From NCBI GenBank assembly GCA_965215565.1, contig CBDCDZ010000004.1, positions 3,456,001-3,520,000 of the forward strand: 64,000 nucleotides of DNA, in the 5' to 3' direction. This DNA comes from Trueperaceae bacterium (GTDB lineage: Bacteria > Deinococcota > Deinococci > Deinococcales > Trueperaceae). The translations under genes and the position numbers were made by a program. The notes below the pieces were generated by a model that searched no databases, was not told the DNA's origin, and worked only from the letters and a program-made list of their open reading frames with translations. Positions within the stretch are counted from its first letter, which is position 1. The number at the start of each line of letters is the position of its first letter. Positions 17,477 through 28,100 of the stretch are shown here, piece after piece.

Positions 17477-18505
17477 GTGACGAACTCCAACTTCTACACC
17501 TCTCGCCTCGAGCAGCGCCGCGCCATCCTCGCGCCGATGGCGGGCTTTACCGACGCGCCCTTTCGTAAACTTTGCCGGGACTACGGCAGCGCCTGGGCGG
17601 TCACGGAGATGGTCAGCGCCAAGGCGCTCGTGCAGGGCGACATGCAAGGTATCGAGATCGGCAAGCCCTACCCCGGCGAGCCCGACTTGGTGATTCAGGT
17701 CTTCGGCGGCGAGCCTGAAATCGTGGCGGCGGGCGGTCGCATCCTTTTCGACACGTACAAACCTGTTGCGCTAGACATCAACATGGGCTGTCCGGTCAAA
17801 AAGGTGACGGGCAAGTCCTGCGGTTCCAAACTGATGCTAGACCCAGGACGCGCCGCCGACATCGTGCGGCACCTCGCCGCCGCCGTCCCCGTTCCGGTAA
17901 GCGCCAAGATGCGCTTGGGGTACGACAAGGTGAACGCGAAAGAGGTCGCGCTCGCCTTGCAAGAGGCGGGCGCGTCCCTCGTCACAGTTCACGGGCGCAC
18001 CGCCGCGCAGAAGTACAGCGGCGAGGCGGATTGGGAGAAGATAGGAGAGGTAGCGGGAGGGTTGCGCATCCCCGTCGTCGGCTCAGGCGACGTGCAGAGT
18101 AGAGCGCAAGTCGAGCGCTACCAGGCGCAGGGCTTAGGCGTGATGATCGGGCGCGGCGCGTTGGGGCGTCCGTGGATTTTCGCCGAGCTGCGCGGCGCGA
18201 TGTCGCCAAGTTATGAAGAGATGGCGTGCACCGCATACCGTCACGCTGAGATGTTTTGTAATTGGCACGAGAAAGGGTACAAAAAAGAACACGGGAAAGA
18301 ACACAGAAAAGAACACAGAAAAGAACAAGGCGTGGTCCCTTTTCGCGGTCAGCTCATCCGCTACTTCGCGCCTTTTCCGAAAGCAGATGCGCTTCGCAAA
18401 GAGGTCGTCAAGCTCGAGTCCTTAGAGGATTTGGCGACGTTCATCGCTCACTATGTCGGCGTCGAGGTCTTGCGAGAGAGTCAACACGAAGTCGAAGTAG
18501 GGTAG
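17477..18505 (+). CDS. tRNA-dihydrouridine synthase (DusB-like)
   Basis: LAPMAGFTD, TEMVS, DINMGCP, VHGRT, MIGRG. Confidence 0.93.
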   Translation: MTNSNFYTSRLEQRRAILAPMAGFTDAPFRKLCRDYGSAWAVTEMVSAKALVQGDMQGIEIGKPYPGEPDLVIQVFGGEPEIVAAGGRILFDTYKPVALDINMGCPVKKVTGKSCGSKLMLDPGRAADIVRHLAAAVPVPVSAKMRLGYDKVNAKEVALALQEAGASLVTVHGRTAAQKYSGEADWEKIGEVAGGLRIPVVGSGDVQSRAQVERYQAQGLGVMIGRGALGRPWIFAELRGAMSPSYEEMACTAYRHAEMFCNWHEKGYKKEHGKEHRKEHRKEQGVVPFRGQLIRYFAPFPKADALRKEVVKLESLEDLATFIAHYVGVEVLRESQHEVEVG

Positions 18506-18665
18506 CTCGCCGCCGTCTAACATTCGAGAGCAAACGTCAAAAATTTCACATGTAGAAAGAAACCCTACCCCTGTTGACTTCGGCGCGCGAACACATGACT
18601 TGATAGATGCGCCGAACGGCGTTTTCCTACTCGAGCCGTAAGCGAACGAACCGCTATCTACTCGG

Positions 18666-18695
18666 TTGACCTCCCGCGCCGCGCACTGCTATGAT
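18666..18695 (+). promoter_or_regulatory. promoter for tRNA-Leu
   Basis: TTGACC-N18-TATGAT with extended TG. Confidence 0.65.
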
Positions 18696-18724
18696 AGCTT
18701 GCTGAGTCGGAGGAATGGTTGCGT

Positions 18725-18806
18725 GCCGGGATGGCGGAATTGGTAGACGCAGTAGACTCAAAATCTACCGGGTAAAACCGTGCGGGTTCGAGTCCCGCTT
18801 CCGGCA
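18725..18806 (+). tRNA. tRNA-Leu(CAA), CCA not encoded
   Basis: GCCGGGA/TTCCGGC acceptor stem, GTAGA-CTCAAAA-TCTAC anticodon arm, long variable arm, GGTTCGAGTCC T-arm. Confidence 0.96.
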
Positions 18807-18808
18807 TA

Positions 18809-18900
18809 CAGCAGGTATCATCTGGTCACAAACGCCCTCAGCGGATAAAGCATGACCTAGCAACCACATTCCTAAGATGATTCCTGCGTGACTCAATACA
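18809..18900 (-). repeat. family A element directly behind tRNA-Leu
   Basis: CAGCAGGTATCATCTGGTC...AGATGATTCCTGCG. Confidence 0.8.
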
Positions 18901-19015
18901 AGTAGTCGAGAAAGTAAGTGGTTGAAAAACGTCTTCTAAGACTCAACCACCACATTCATTAATAGAATTCCTGTCGCTACCGAAAGCTCGAGCGACGCTG
19001 TGGAGGAACGTTTAA

Positions 19016-19258
19016 GTGTTTATCATATTCTGGTTAGTGTTCATTCTTTTTATCTTAGCGTCAGTCGGTCTGACCTTTATCATCTTGCTGCAAGAGCCCA
19101 AACAGGGCGGTCTCGGCGAAGGCTTAGGCGGCGGCGGTGGCGAAGGTTTGGGCAGCACCACAGGCGGCACGGCGGGCGGCTTGCACCGCCTCACCATCTG
19201 GTTGGGCGTCGTTTGGGGTCTCCTCGCGCTCGCGCTTGCGGTGATTCCGAGAGCCTAA
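19016..19258 (+). CDS. secG: preprotein translocase subunit SecG
   Basis: two TM segments, ILLQEPKQGGL, Gly-rich loop, LHRLT. Confidence 0.88.
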   Translation: MFIIFWLVFILFILASVGLTFIILLQEPKQGGLGEGLGGGGGEGLGSTTGGTAGGLHRLTIWLGVVWGLLALALAVIPRA

Positions 19259-19281
19259 CTAGATAAAGTTAAAAATCTCAC

Positions 19282-19310
19282 AGACCCGCTCGAAAACGAG
19301 CGGGTCTTTT
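19282..19310 (+). terminator. intrinsic terminator
   Basis: AGACCCGCTCG-aaaa-CGAGCGGGTCT followed by T run. Confidence 0.85.
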
Positions 19311-19594
19311 CCATTTTGTGCCGCTACAGCGCGACATGTGTTAGGATTTGCGCACGCACAGTGCAGAATCTTCGCAAAACGGATGAAATGACCTTAATCC
19401 GACCTAACGTCCTCTCATGGGAAAAGCGCCTAGAGTACACCTACGCTGCCGGAGGCGCTCGAGTCCCACGAGGATTCACAGCGTCACAAATGAAAACAAC
19501 ACCTGATCGGTTTGGAAAAAACGCTTTGCAAGCTTTCGCCAAAAAATGTGTAGAGTGTTACGAAAAAACTTTTCGAACGGCAGCCTGTGAAAAA

Positions 19595-19623
19595 TTGACG
19601 CTTGTAGGTGTGAGTGATAGATT
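19595..19623 (+). promoter_or_regulatory. putative promoter of the peptide ABC operon
   Basis: TTGACG-N17-TAGATT with extended TG. Confidence 0.5.
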
Positions 19624-19775
19624 AGACGGTATAGAAGGAGGCGCTACAGAAGACAAGAAAAACGTAGTGTAGTACACCTTGATTTTCCGTGACTTTTCGA
19701 GTTAGCCTACTTTTAGCGACACAATTCGCTCCGGGGACAATTTCCAACGTTGCTCCCTACTTCTTGGAGGTTTAC

Positions 19776-21569
19776 ATGAAGAAAATCCTCTTGACCCTTG
19801 CCCTATTTTCACTCGGGGCACTCGCCTTCGCGCAGCCTTACCAGTGGCCTGAAAATTACGCGCCCGAAGCGCCGCAGGGTGGCGCGATCGAAGAGACCGT
19901 CTTTGGCGACTTCTTGACGCTCAATCCGGTGCTTAGCTCTTCAGCTACTGAGACCGCCATCCTCGGCATGATCTCCGGTCCCGCACTCATCTACCGCGAC
20001 TGGCTTGGCAACCGCTCCTTCCGCGATGAAGAGGGTAACTTTAACCTCCTGTTTGCTAGCGACATCGAAGAGGTGCGCACCGAGCAGGAGTTCGTCATCA
20101 CGCTCCGCGAAGGCTGGACCTGGTCAGACGGCACGGAGATTACCGCCGACGACTTCATGGCAGCGCGCACCATTAAAGGTGACCCTGACGTGCAGTCCAA
20201 CGATTACTCCTCTACTGAAGTAGGCGAAGACGGGCGCGTCGAGTACGAAAAACTCGGCACGTACCAGTTCCGCGTAACCCTACCCGAGCCGCAGGTGAAC
20301 GCGATGGGCTTTAACGTCGGCATTATCGGCGCGGTGCCCGCCCATATCTATATGCCCATTTACGAAGAGAGTGGTGCCGAGGGCATCCGTGCGCTCTGGG
20401 GTGTAGACACGCCTGTTGACGAGATCGTTTCGGGTGGACCCTATACCGTCGCTGAATTTCGCCCCGGTGAGCGCATCGTCTTGGAGAAAAACCCCTCGTA
20501 CGGCGAAGATGTCATGGCGGCGAACGGCGACCCGCTCCCCGGACCCGACCGCTGGACCGTCACCTTCACCGAAGACCGCAACGCCCAGCTCGCGCTCGTG
20601 ACCACCGGTCAAGCGAACTTCTACTGGCCCACTACCTTGGATGAGGTTCGCGCCGTGCAGCAAGCGGTAGAAAACGGCTCGATCAACGGTGAGCTGTTCG
20701 CCAACATCGGTCCCGACACGCTCGTGGACTTCATCACCTATAACTTCAATACGACGAACGAATGTAAGAGCACGCTCTTCCGCTCGCCCGACTTCCGCCA
20801 AGCCATCTCGATCATGATCGACCGCGACGCGCTCGTGGACGCGGCGCTAGGCGGTCTCGGCTTTCCTGCAAAAGACTACCAGAGCGAAGCGGCTGAGCCT
20901 TTTAACGCGCCGAACTTAGACCCCTTCGAATTCAACCCTGAGCGTGGCGTCGAGATTCTCAACTCGCTCGGCTACACTGAAGAGGGACCTGACGGCGTGT
21001 TGCGCAACCCCGAAACGGGCTGCCGCGTCGCCTTTGACCTCCAGTTCAACTCGGGCAACAACCGCCGCGCGCAAGAGGCGCAGGTGATCGCGCAGACGCT
21101 CGCCCCTTACGGCGTCGCCGTGAACCCCCGCGAAGTCTCCACTGAAATCTGGTCTAACTCCATCGTCGGTACGGAAGGTTTACCCCGCGAGGTGGACTAC
21201 GACGCGCAGATTTGGGGCTTAGCGGGCGGCGACCTGGATAACCCCTCTTCAGTGAACGTGCTGGGTCTCGGCGTCAACCTCAACTCTTGGAACAAGAGCA
21301 CCACCGACGTCAAGCCTTGGGAGATCACGATGGACCGCCTCAGCCGCCGCATGGACGCGACGCTCGATATCGATGAGCGCGTCGAGGTTTACAACCAACG
21401 TGCCGCGCTCATGCGCGAGTACCTCCCGATGACCCCGCTCATCAGCCCTGCGTTTCACCTCTACGAAAACATGAGCAACGTTTGGCCTGAAGAGGCGCTC
21501 GACTCCAACAGCGTCGAATCGCCCTACCGCCCTGGTGGGTTTAGGTCAACCCTCGCAACGCCGCAGTAA
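19776..21569 (+). CDS. family 5 ABC substrate-binding protein (OppA/DppA-like)
   Basis: signal peptide, TLREGWTWSDGTEITADD motif, FRQAIS; GGAGG SD before ATG 19776. Confidence 0.93.
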   Translation: MKKILLTLALFSLGALAFAQPYQWPENYAPEAPQGGAIEETVFGDFLTLNPVLSSSATETAILGMISGPALIYRDWLGNRSFRDEEGNFNLLFASDIEEVRTEQEFVITLREGWTWSDGTEITADDFMAARTIKGDPDVQSNDYSSTEVGEDGRVEYEKLGTYQFRVTLPEPQVNAMGFNVGIIGAVPAHIYMPIYEESGAEGIRALWGVDTPVDEIVSGGPYTVAEFRPGERIVLEKNPSYGEDVMAANGDPLPGPDRWTVTFTEDRNAQLALVTTGQANFYWPTTLDEVRAVQQAVENGSINGELFANIGPDTLVDFITYNFNTTNECKSTLFRSPDFRQAISIMIDRDALVDAALGGLGFPAKDYQSEAAEPFNAPNLDPFEFNPERGVEILNSLGYTEEGPDGVLRNPETGCRVAFDLQFNSGNNRRAQEAQVIAQTLAPYGVAVNPREVSTEIWSNSIVGTEGLPREVDYDAQIWGLAGGDLDNPSSVNVLGLGVNLNSWNKSTTDVKPWEITMDRLSRRMDATLDIDERVEVYNQRAALMREYLPMTPLISPAFHLYENMSNVWPEEALDSNSVESPYRPGGFRSTLATPQ

Positions 21570-21595
21570 CGCAACGGTGCTGCTGTAAAGAATTC

Positions 21596-21624
21596 AGGTA
21601 GAGCCTTGAACTAAGGCTCTACCT
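21596..21624 (+). terminator. hairpin after the SBP gene (terminator or mRNA stabiliser)
   Basis: AGGTAGAGCCTT-gaact-AAGGCTCTACCT. Confidence 0.7.
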
Positions 21625-21741
21625 TACCCTCTTCGTCAATCTTTTAACACCCTATTTAGAGAGCCGAACACACTATCTAATCAGTAGCAAACTAATCAGT
21701 AGCAAAACGCTCATTCCAAAATCCAAAGCTGGAGAAGCCCG

Positions 21742-22722
21742 TTGATTCCATACATCATCCGACGAATCCTCAACCTCATCCCCACCTTTTTCGTGGCGAC
21801 GTTTTTAGCGTGGTGCGTCATCGAGCTTGCGCCCGGCGATTTCGCGAGCCAATTTGCCTTTGACCAGGTTGACGTGAATAAAGCAGAGCGCATCCGCGAG
21901 TCGCTAGGGCTCGACGATCCCTGGTACGTCCGCTACCTCTACTGGCTCCGCAACGTCGTCACCGGCTTGGACTTCGGCACGAGCATGACCACCAAAGGCG
22001 ACGTGAGCAACCTCATCTGGCCGCGCATGGTGAATAGCTTGTGGCTGCTCCTGCCCGCCACGGTGCTCACCTACCTCGTGGCGATTCCTATCGGCGTCTA
22101 CTCCGCGCTGCGCAAGTATTCTATCGGCGACAGAATTTTAACGGTCTTTAGCCTCATCGGGTTAGCGGTTCCCAACTTCTTTTTGGCGCTCTTGGTCGTG
22201 GCGTTTGCGGTGCAGTGGTTTCAAAACTTCGACTACCTCTTGATTCCTACGGGTGGGATGACGAGCAGCGTCTACAGCCAGCTTTCGTTCTGGGGTAAGA
22301 CGACAAACTTCTTGTGGCACTTGGTTGCGCCGATGTTGGTGGTGGCGCTCTCGAGTCTCGCCTTTATCACCCGCATCATGCGCGGTGAGATGTTAGAGGT
22401 TATGGGGCAAGACTACATCCGCACGGCGCGTGCGAAGGGGCTCTCGCAGCGCGTGGTGAACTACAAGCACGCGCTCAGAAACGCGATTTTAGTCATCGTC
22501 GCGACGATTGGTGGCATCTTGCCGGGACTCATCAGCGGCGCGGGCACCGTGGAGTACGTGCTCCGCTGGCCCGGCATTACACCCTTATTTATCTCCTCTA
22601 TTTACGCGCAAGACGCCTATGTGGTGATGGCGTTCCTGACGATTTTAGTCGTGCTACTCATGGTGGGCAACCTCGTCTCCGACGTGGCGTTGGCGCTCAT
22701 CGACCCGAGGATACGGTACTGA
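21742..22722 (+). CDS. peptide ABC permease (OppB-like)
   Basis: QDYIRTARAKGL..HALRNA; DPRIRY end. Confidence 0.95.
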   Translation: MIPYIIRRILNLIPTFFVATFLAWCVIELAPGDFASQFAFDQVDVNKAERIRESLGLDDPWYVRYLYWLRNVVTGLDFGTSMTTKGDVSNLIWPRMVNSLWLLLPATVLTYLVAIPIGVYSALRKYSIGDRILTVFSLIGLAVPNFFLALLVVAFAVQWFQNFDYLLIPTGGMTSSVYSQLSFWGKTTNFLWHLVAPMLVVALSSLAFITRIMRGEMLEVMGQDYIRTARAKGLSQRVVNYKHALRNAILVIVATIGGILPGLISGAGTVEYVLRWPGITPLFISSIYAQDAYVVMAFLTILVVLLMVGNLVSDVALALIDPRIRY

Positions 22723-23936
22723 TGGCTGACACCGCCTTTAACCCCGACAAAGAGCGCCCGCAAGAGGGGCAGAAGCCGCCCACCGCGAAGGGGGCGAGCC
22801 TCACCTCCATCGCTTGGGCGCAGTTCCGCAAGCACCCGATGGCGCGCATTGCGCTGACGGTCTTGGGTATTTTCTACTTCTTTGCAGCGTTCGCGGACTT
22901 CATCGCGCCCTATCCCGAGGCATACATCAACCCTCGCTCCACCTTTCAGCCGCCCACCCAAATTCGCTTTACCGACGAAAACGGTTTGACGAGACCCTTC
23001 GTTTACGGACTCGAGAAAGAGCTGGATTTCGACACGCTCGAGACCACCTGGACCGTAGACGAGTCCCAGAAGTACCCCATCGAACTCTTCGTGCGGCGCG
23101 AAGCTGTGCGCGAGCGCTACGTGCCTTTTCCTATCAACCTCATTCCGCAGGGTCTCCGCCAGGACTTGGGCATCCGTCCCTGGGCGACGCTGCACCTCTT
23201 CGGCTTGGTTGACTCTCCGTCCCAAGCGAACCTCTATTTGTGGGGCTCTGACGACTTGGGCGGTGATGTATTCAGTAAGATTCTCTTTGGCGCGCGCATC
23301 AGCTTGACAGTCGGGATTCTCTCCGCCATCGTGACCGTCGCCATCGGCGTATTTTTCGGCGGGCTGGCGGGCTACTTCGGGGGCTGGGTGGACGAGCTTA
23401 TTATGCGTTTTATCGAGGCGCTGGCGGCGATTCCCGACCTCTTCTTGCTCATTGCGCTCTCCGCCATCTTCTACCCGCTCAACTTGCCCTCCTCGACGGT
23501 CTTCTTGCTCATCGTGGTGGTGCTGGCGATGGTGGGCTGGGGCAGTGTGGCGCGCACCGTGCGCGGGCAGATTCTCTCGCTCCGTGAACGCGACTTCGCC
23601 TTCGCCGCGAAGTCTCTAGGCGCGAGCAACGCCCGCATCATCGGGCTCCACATGCTGCCGCACACGCTAAGTTACCTCATCGTCTACATGAGCTTGATCA
23701 TCCCCTCGTTCATTATCGTCGAGTCGGTCTTGAGCTTTTTCGGGTTAGGTATCCAGCCGCCCTCGACGAGTTGGGGGCTCATGCTCAACACGGCGCAACG
23801 CTTCGTCGGCGTGACCGGGCTCACCGACCGCTGGTGGATTTTCTTGCCCGGCGTGTTCATCTTCATCTCGGTCTTAGCCTGGAACCTCTTGGGCGACGGG
23901 TTGCGCGACGCCTTTGATCCTAAAAGCCGGCAGTGA
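22722..23936 (+). CDS. peptide ABC permease (OppC-like)
   Basis: GSDDLGGDVFS, ES.LSFFGLG..PP..SWG, GDGLRDAFDP. Confidence 0.95.
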   Translation: MADTAFNPDKERPQEGQKPPTAKGASLTSIAWAQFRKHPMARIALTVLGIFYFFAAFADFIAPYPEAYINPRSTFQPPTQIRFTDENGLTRPFVYGLEKELDFDTLETTWTVDESQKYPIELFVRREAVRERYVPFPINLIPQGLRQDLGIRPWATLHLFGLVDSPSQANLYLWGSDDLGGDVFSKILFGARISLTVGILSAIVTVAIGVFFGGLAGYFGGWVDELIMRFIEALAAIPDLFLLIALSAIFYPLNLPSSTVFLLIVVVLAMVGWGSVARTVRGQILSLRERDFAFAAKSLGASNARIIGLHMLPHTLSYLIVYMSLIIPSFIIVESVLSFFGLGIQPPSTSWGLMLNTAQRFVGVTGLTDRWWIFLPGVFIFISVLAWNLLGDGLRDAFDPKSRQ

Positions 23937-24103
23937 GCGGGGCTGCTTTGGGAGGGTCTCGAGTACTCGTCAAGCCGCTCGAATCTGGTGCTAGCGACGT
24001 GGACCGTTGCCGAACCGAAGTGTTTTTATGGTGCTCGAGTGAAAAAGCTTACAATTAGTTAGGTTGAACGGATATGATAAGCAGATGACAAGGAGCATAT
24101 ACT

Positions 24104-25114
24104 ATGGCTGACTCCGAGAAGCTCTTAGAGGTCAACAACCTCAAAACCTATTTCGACACGGATGACGGCACGGTCAAAGCCGTAGACGGCGTGAGCTTTC
24201 ATATCGACCGGGGCGAAACTCTGGCGGTGGTGGGTGAGTCGGGCTCGGGCAAGTCGGTCACGAGCTTATCCATCATGCGCCTCATCGCCCAGCCTCCCGG
24301 ACGCATCGCGGAGGGTGAAATCCTCTTCGAAGGCGAGGATTTGGTCAAGAAAAGCGAAGCGCAGATGCGCAAAATTCGCGGCAACGACATCTCGATGATC
24401 TTTCAAGAGCCGATGACGAGCCTCAACCCGGTCTACACGGTGGGCGACCAAATCGCCGAAGCCATCGTGCTGCACCAGAACAAAAAACGCCGCCAGGCGA
24501 TGAAGCTCGCTACTGAGATGCTCGACTTAGTGGGCATTCCCGAGCCGGGCAAGCGCGTTCACGAGTACCCGCACCAGATGTCGGGCGGGATGCGCCAGCG
24601 GGTGATGATTGCGATGGCGCTCTCGTGCGGTCCTAAGCTCCTCGTCGCGGACGAGCCCACCACGGCGCTCGACGTGACCATCCAGGCGCAAATTCTGGAC
24701 CTGATGCGCAAATTACAAAAAGAGATCGGTATGAGCATCCTCTTCATCACGCACGATTTGGGTGTCGTGGCAGAAATTGCGGACCGTGTGGTCGTCATGT
24801 ACGCAGGGCGCGCGGTGGAGGAGGCAGATGTCGAGACGATCTACGCCGAGCCGCAGATGCCCTACACGCTGGGACTTCTCAACTCGATTCCCCGCGTGGA
24901 TAAAGCGGCGGAGGAGCAAGAGCGGCTCCAAGCTATTCCCGGCAACGTTCCGAACCCCCTATACCTGCCGGCGGGCTGCTCCTTTCACCCGCGCTGCCGC
25001 TTCGCCATCGACGAATGTAAAGAAGCGGTTCCGCCCCTGGAAAATACGGGCGGCGGTCATATGGTGCGCTGCATCCGCTGGAATGACCTGACCTTGGAGG
25101 AGAAAGTAGCATGA
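24104..25114 (+). CDS. peptide ABC ATPase (OppD-like)
   Basis: [26 protein letters not shown]-terminal Cys cluster. Confidence 0.96.
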   Translation: MADSEKLLEVNNLKTYFDTDDGTVKAVDGVSFHIDRGETLAVVGESGSGKSVTSLSIMRLIAQPPGRIAEGEILFEGEDLVKKSEAQMRKIRGNDISMIFQEPMTSLNPVYTVGDQIAEAIVLHQNKKRRQAMKLATEMLDLVGIPEPGKRVHEYPHQMSGGMRQRVMIAMALSCGPKLLVADEPTTALDVTIQAQILDLMRKLQKEIGMSILFITHDLGVVAEIADRVVVMYAGRAVEEADVETIYAEPQMPYTLGLLNSIPRVDKAAEEQERLQAIPGNVPNPLYLPAGCSFHPRCRFAIDECKEAVPPLENTGGGHMVRCIRWNDLTLEEKVA

Positions 25115-26154
25115 CGGTCAAAGCCTACGACACCGGGTCCCAGGAGCAGTCACAAACTAGCAAGCGCAAAGGCTCAAAGGGCGAGTACCTCTTAGAGGTC
25201 AAAGGGCTCAAAAAGTACTTCCCGATTCGGGGCGGGGTGTTCTCGCGCGTTGTCGCCAATGTTAAAGCGGTCGAGAACGTCAGCTTGAACATCAGAGCGG
25301 GCGAAGTCGTCGGACTCGTCGGCGAGTCGGGCTCGGGCAAGACGACAGCGGGGCGCACGATCTTGCGTCTCTTAGAGCCTACAGACGGCGAAATTCTCTT
25401 CGACGGCGTGGACGTCGCCAAGCTCTCGCGCTCCGAGATGCGCGAGTACCGCAAAGAGATGCAAATTATCTTTCAGGACCCCTTCGCCAGCCTGAACCCG
25501 CGCATGACCGTCGCGGACATCATCGGCGAAGCCCTGACGATTCACAATTTGGCTAAGGGCAAAGCGAAAGAGGAGCGCGTCGCCGACCTCTTGGAGCGCA
25601 CCGGGCTCTCGTCGGCGCACATGCGGCGCTACCCGCACGAGTTCTCGGGTGGGCAGCGGCAGCGCATCGGCATCGCGCGCGCGCTCGCCGTAGACCCGCA
25701 GTTCATCGTCGCGGACGAGCCCGTCTCGGCGCTCGACGTGTCGATTCAAGCGCAGGTTGTGAACTTGCTCCAAGACCTCAAAGAAGAACTCGGCTTGACG
25801 CTGCTCTTTATCGCCCACGACTTGGGCGTCGTCGAGTACATCTGCGACACAGTCGTGGTGATGTATCTGGGCAAGGTTATGGAGATCGCGCCCTCGAAAG
25901 ACCTCTACTCGAACCCCGTCCACCCCTACACCGAAGCGCTGCTGTCTGCCGTGCCGATTCCTGACCCGACGGTCAAGCGCGAGCGCGTCATCTTGCAAGG
26001 CGACATCCCCAGCCCCATCAACCCGCCTTCGGGTTGTGTGTTCCGTACCCGTTGCCCCATCGCGATTGAAGAGTGCGCCAAGGTGGACCCGCCTTTAGAA
26101 GAGGTCAGTCCGGGGCATTTCAAGGCGTGTATACGGCGTCCCGGTCCGGTTTGA
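25111..26154 (+). CDS. peptide ABC ATPase (OppF-like)
   Basis: [33 protein letters not shown]. Confidence 0.96.
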   Translation: MTVKAYDTGSQEQSQTSKRKGSKGEYLLEVKGLKKYFPIRGGVFSRVVANVKAVENVSLNIRAGEVVGLVGESGSGKTTAGRTILRLLEPTDGEILFDGVDVAKLSRSEMREYRKEMQIIFQDPFASLNPRMTVADIIGEALTIHNLAKGKAKEERVADLLERTGLSSAHMRRYPHEFSGGQRQRIGIARALAVDPQFIVADEPVSALDVSIQAQVVNLLQDLKEELGLTLLFIAHDLGVVEYICDTVVVMYLGKVMEIAPSKDLYSNPVHPYTEALLSAVPIPDPTVKRERVILQGDIPSPINPPSGCVFRTRCPIAIEECAKVDPPLEEVSPGHFKACIRRPGPV

Positions 26155-26168
26155 TTTTGCAGAGCAGT

Positions 26169-26208
26169 GTAGGGGCACTACGTACGTTGCTGTATAAATC
26201 GCCCCTAC
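26169..26208. repeat. GTAG REP-like hairpin
   Basis: GTAGGGGC...GCCCCTAC; related to 55063 and 56320. Confidence 0.7.
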
Positions 26209-26242
26209 ATGTGACGGAATGATCCGTGCTGCGTGAACGCCG

Positions 26243-27247
26243 ATGACCTCTTCGAATATGCAAGACGCGCTGGGCGAGCGCATCCTCTCTCACCTGCCTA
26301 CAAATCACCCTAAAGCTGAACTCGAGGCCTTCTACACCCTCATCCGCAACTACCCCGAACGGGGTGGGAAGCACCTTCGGGGCCAACTCGTGCTGCGCTC
26401 CATTTCGGCGCACGGCGGAGCGTGGCGAAGAGGTCTGGACGTCGCGGCGGCGTTGGAGCTATTCCAAAACTGGGTGCTGATTCACGACGACATCGAGGAC
26501 GACTCTGAGGACAGGCGCGGCGCGCCCGCGCTGCACCGCGCGGTAGGGATGCCCGTCGCGCTCAACGTCGGGGACGCGCTGCACGTCTACATGTGGCGGG
26601 CGCTGCATCACTTGGACGACTTCTCTCAGCAGGTGCAGCGGCTTATATTTCGCGAGTTCGAGTGGATGATTTCGCGTACGGCGGAGGGGCAGCACTTGGA
26701 CCTCAGTTGGGTGGCTGAGGGCACGTTCGACATCTCCGAGACGGATTACTTGGAGATGGTCACGCTCAAAACGGCGTACTACACGGTCGTGTGTCCCTTG
26801 CGGCTCGGGGCGCTCTGCGCTGAAGTGGAGCCGGACGTGCGGTTCGTCGAAGCGGGTATTCATTTAGGCGTCGCCTTTCAAATCCGCGACGACATCTTGA
26901 ACCTCATGCCCGAGATTTCTTACGGCAAAGAGTTCGCGGGCGACCTCTTCGAAGCCAAGCGCACGCTCGTGTTGGCGCACCTCTTCGCCCACGCCACGCA
27001 AGGTGAGCGAGAAGAGGTCTATGCGCGGTTGGCGAAGCCGAGGGGTGACAAGACGGAAGAGGACATCGGGCGTGTTTTAGGTCTTGTCGAACACTACGGC
27101 TCGTTGGCTTACGCGCAAGAGGTCGCCGAGGCGAGAGCGGCGCAGGGATTGTCCCTTTTAGGTGAAAGTTTTGCCGACTTACCGAATCAGGATGAAGCGC
27201 AGCGAATTTTGGAGTTGTTGAGTTCTTTAGCGAACCGGAAGACATAG
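26243..27247 (+). CDS. polyprenyl (GGPP-type) diphosphate synthase
   Basis: GGKHLR, LIHDDIED..RRG, GQHLD, KTA, FQIRDD. Confidence 0.93.
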   Translation: MTSSNMQDALGERILSHLPTNHPKAELEAFYTLIRNYPERGGKHLRGQLVLRSISAHGGAWRRGLDVAAALELFQNWVLIHDDIEDDSEDRRGAPALHRAVGMPVALNVGDALHVYMWRALHHLDDFSQQVQRLIFREFEWMISRTAEGQHLDLSWVAEGTFDISETDYLEMVTLKTAYYTVVCPLRLGALCAEVEPDVRFVEAGIHLGVAFQIRDDILNLMPEISYGKEFAGDLFEAKRTLVLAHLFAHATQGEREEVYARLAKPRGDKTEEDIGRVLGLVEHYGSLAYAQEVAEARAAQGLSLLGESFADLPNQDEAQRILELLSSLANRKT

Positions 27248-27276
27248 CGAGCAAGAGGTCTGTTACGAGAAGTTGG

Positions 27277-27389
27277 TAGTGGCTCTGTCTAGAATGACAC
27301 GAATGTCAGAGCAAGGGGTTTCAACCCCTTGCTTCATCGTCCAGATATGGTGGAAGGCGTGCATAACAGCGTTCGACTTAGAACCGCTA
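27277..27389 (+). mobile_element. family C MITE-like element (~113 bp)
   Basis: ends TAGTGGCTCT / AGAACCGCTA; central AGCAAGGGGTTTCAACCCCTTGCT; inverted homolog at 29629. Confidence 0.75.
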
Positions 27390-27488
27390 CTTCGCGCGGT
27401 TCTTGCACGAAACGTGGTACACCGCCAAAACGAACGAGAGGTGGCAAAAACCACGCTGTAGGTGTCGGGGACGCTTTAGGCTCGAGTC

Positions 27489-28100
27489 ATGCTCCGTGTG
27501 CCCAACCTCTTCTACAGCCTGAGCCGCTGCCCGGTCTGCCGGACGCGGCCGAGCAGCGCTAAGGGATGTTGCGCGGTCTGCGCGGCGGCGCTGTTCGCGC
27601 CCCACATAGAGGGCTTCGAGCTTGCGCTAGGAAGCTATGAGGGGCGGCTGGAGCGAGCCGTCAGAGCCTTTAAGTTTCACGGTGTGACGCGCTTGGGTGT
27701 GACCTTCGGTGAAGAGATCGCGTCTGTCATACGCGGCGGCGCTTGGTCTCTAGACCTCATCTGTCCGACGCCTTTGCATACGCGCCGCCGTTTAGAGCGC
27801 GGCTACAACCAGTCCGCCGTCATCACCCAGACGGTAGCGCGGCGGCTAAAAATTCCTCACCGTCACGCAGTTAGGCGCGTCCGGGCGACGCAGCAGCAAG
27901 CGCGTTTGGGCGGCAGCGAGCGGCAGAAGAACGTCGCGGGCGCGTTTCGCGCTGAACCCCTAAAGGGCGAGCGGGTTCTCCTCATAGACGACGTGATGAC
28001 GAGCGGCGCGACGCTGACCGAATGCAGCTTGGCGCTACTGGAGGCGGGCGCGAGCGGGGTTTATGTTGCCGTCGTCGCGAGAGCGCCGCGTAGACGCTAA
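27489..28100 (+). CDS. comF: ComF family phosphoribosyltransferase-like protein
   Basis: CPVC..CAVC, PLH..R..ERGYNQS, RQKNVAGAF, LIDDVMTSGAT. Confidence 0.92.
   Translation: MLRVPNLFYSLSRCPVCRTRPSSAKGCCAVCAAALFAPHIEGFELALGSYEGRLERAVRAFKFHGVTRLGVTFGEEIASVIRGGAWSLDLICPTPLHTRRRLERGYNQSAVITQTVARRLKIPHRHAVRRVRATQQQARLGGSERQKNVAGAFRAEPLKGERVLLIDDVMTSGATLTECSLALLEAGASGVYVAVVARAPRRR

Noticed and set aside
18725..19258. tRNA-Leu as the integration site of a genomic island
   Set aside because: No integrase and no duplicated tRNA 3' end seen; secG follows directly
19316..19672. 118-aa ORF upstream of the peptide ABC operon
   Set aside because: No SD, atypical composition, and it overlaps a likely promoter region; no riboswitch recognised there either
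27263..27461. Small ORFs between the GGPP synthase gene and comF
   Set aside because: They coincide with the family C repeat
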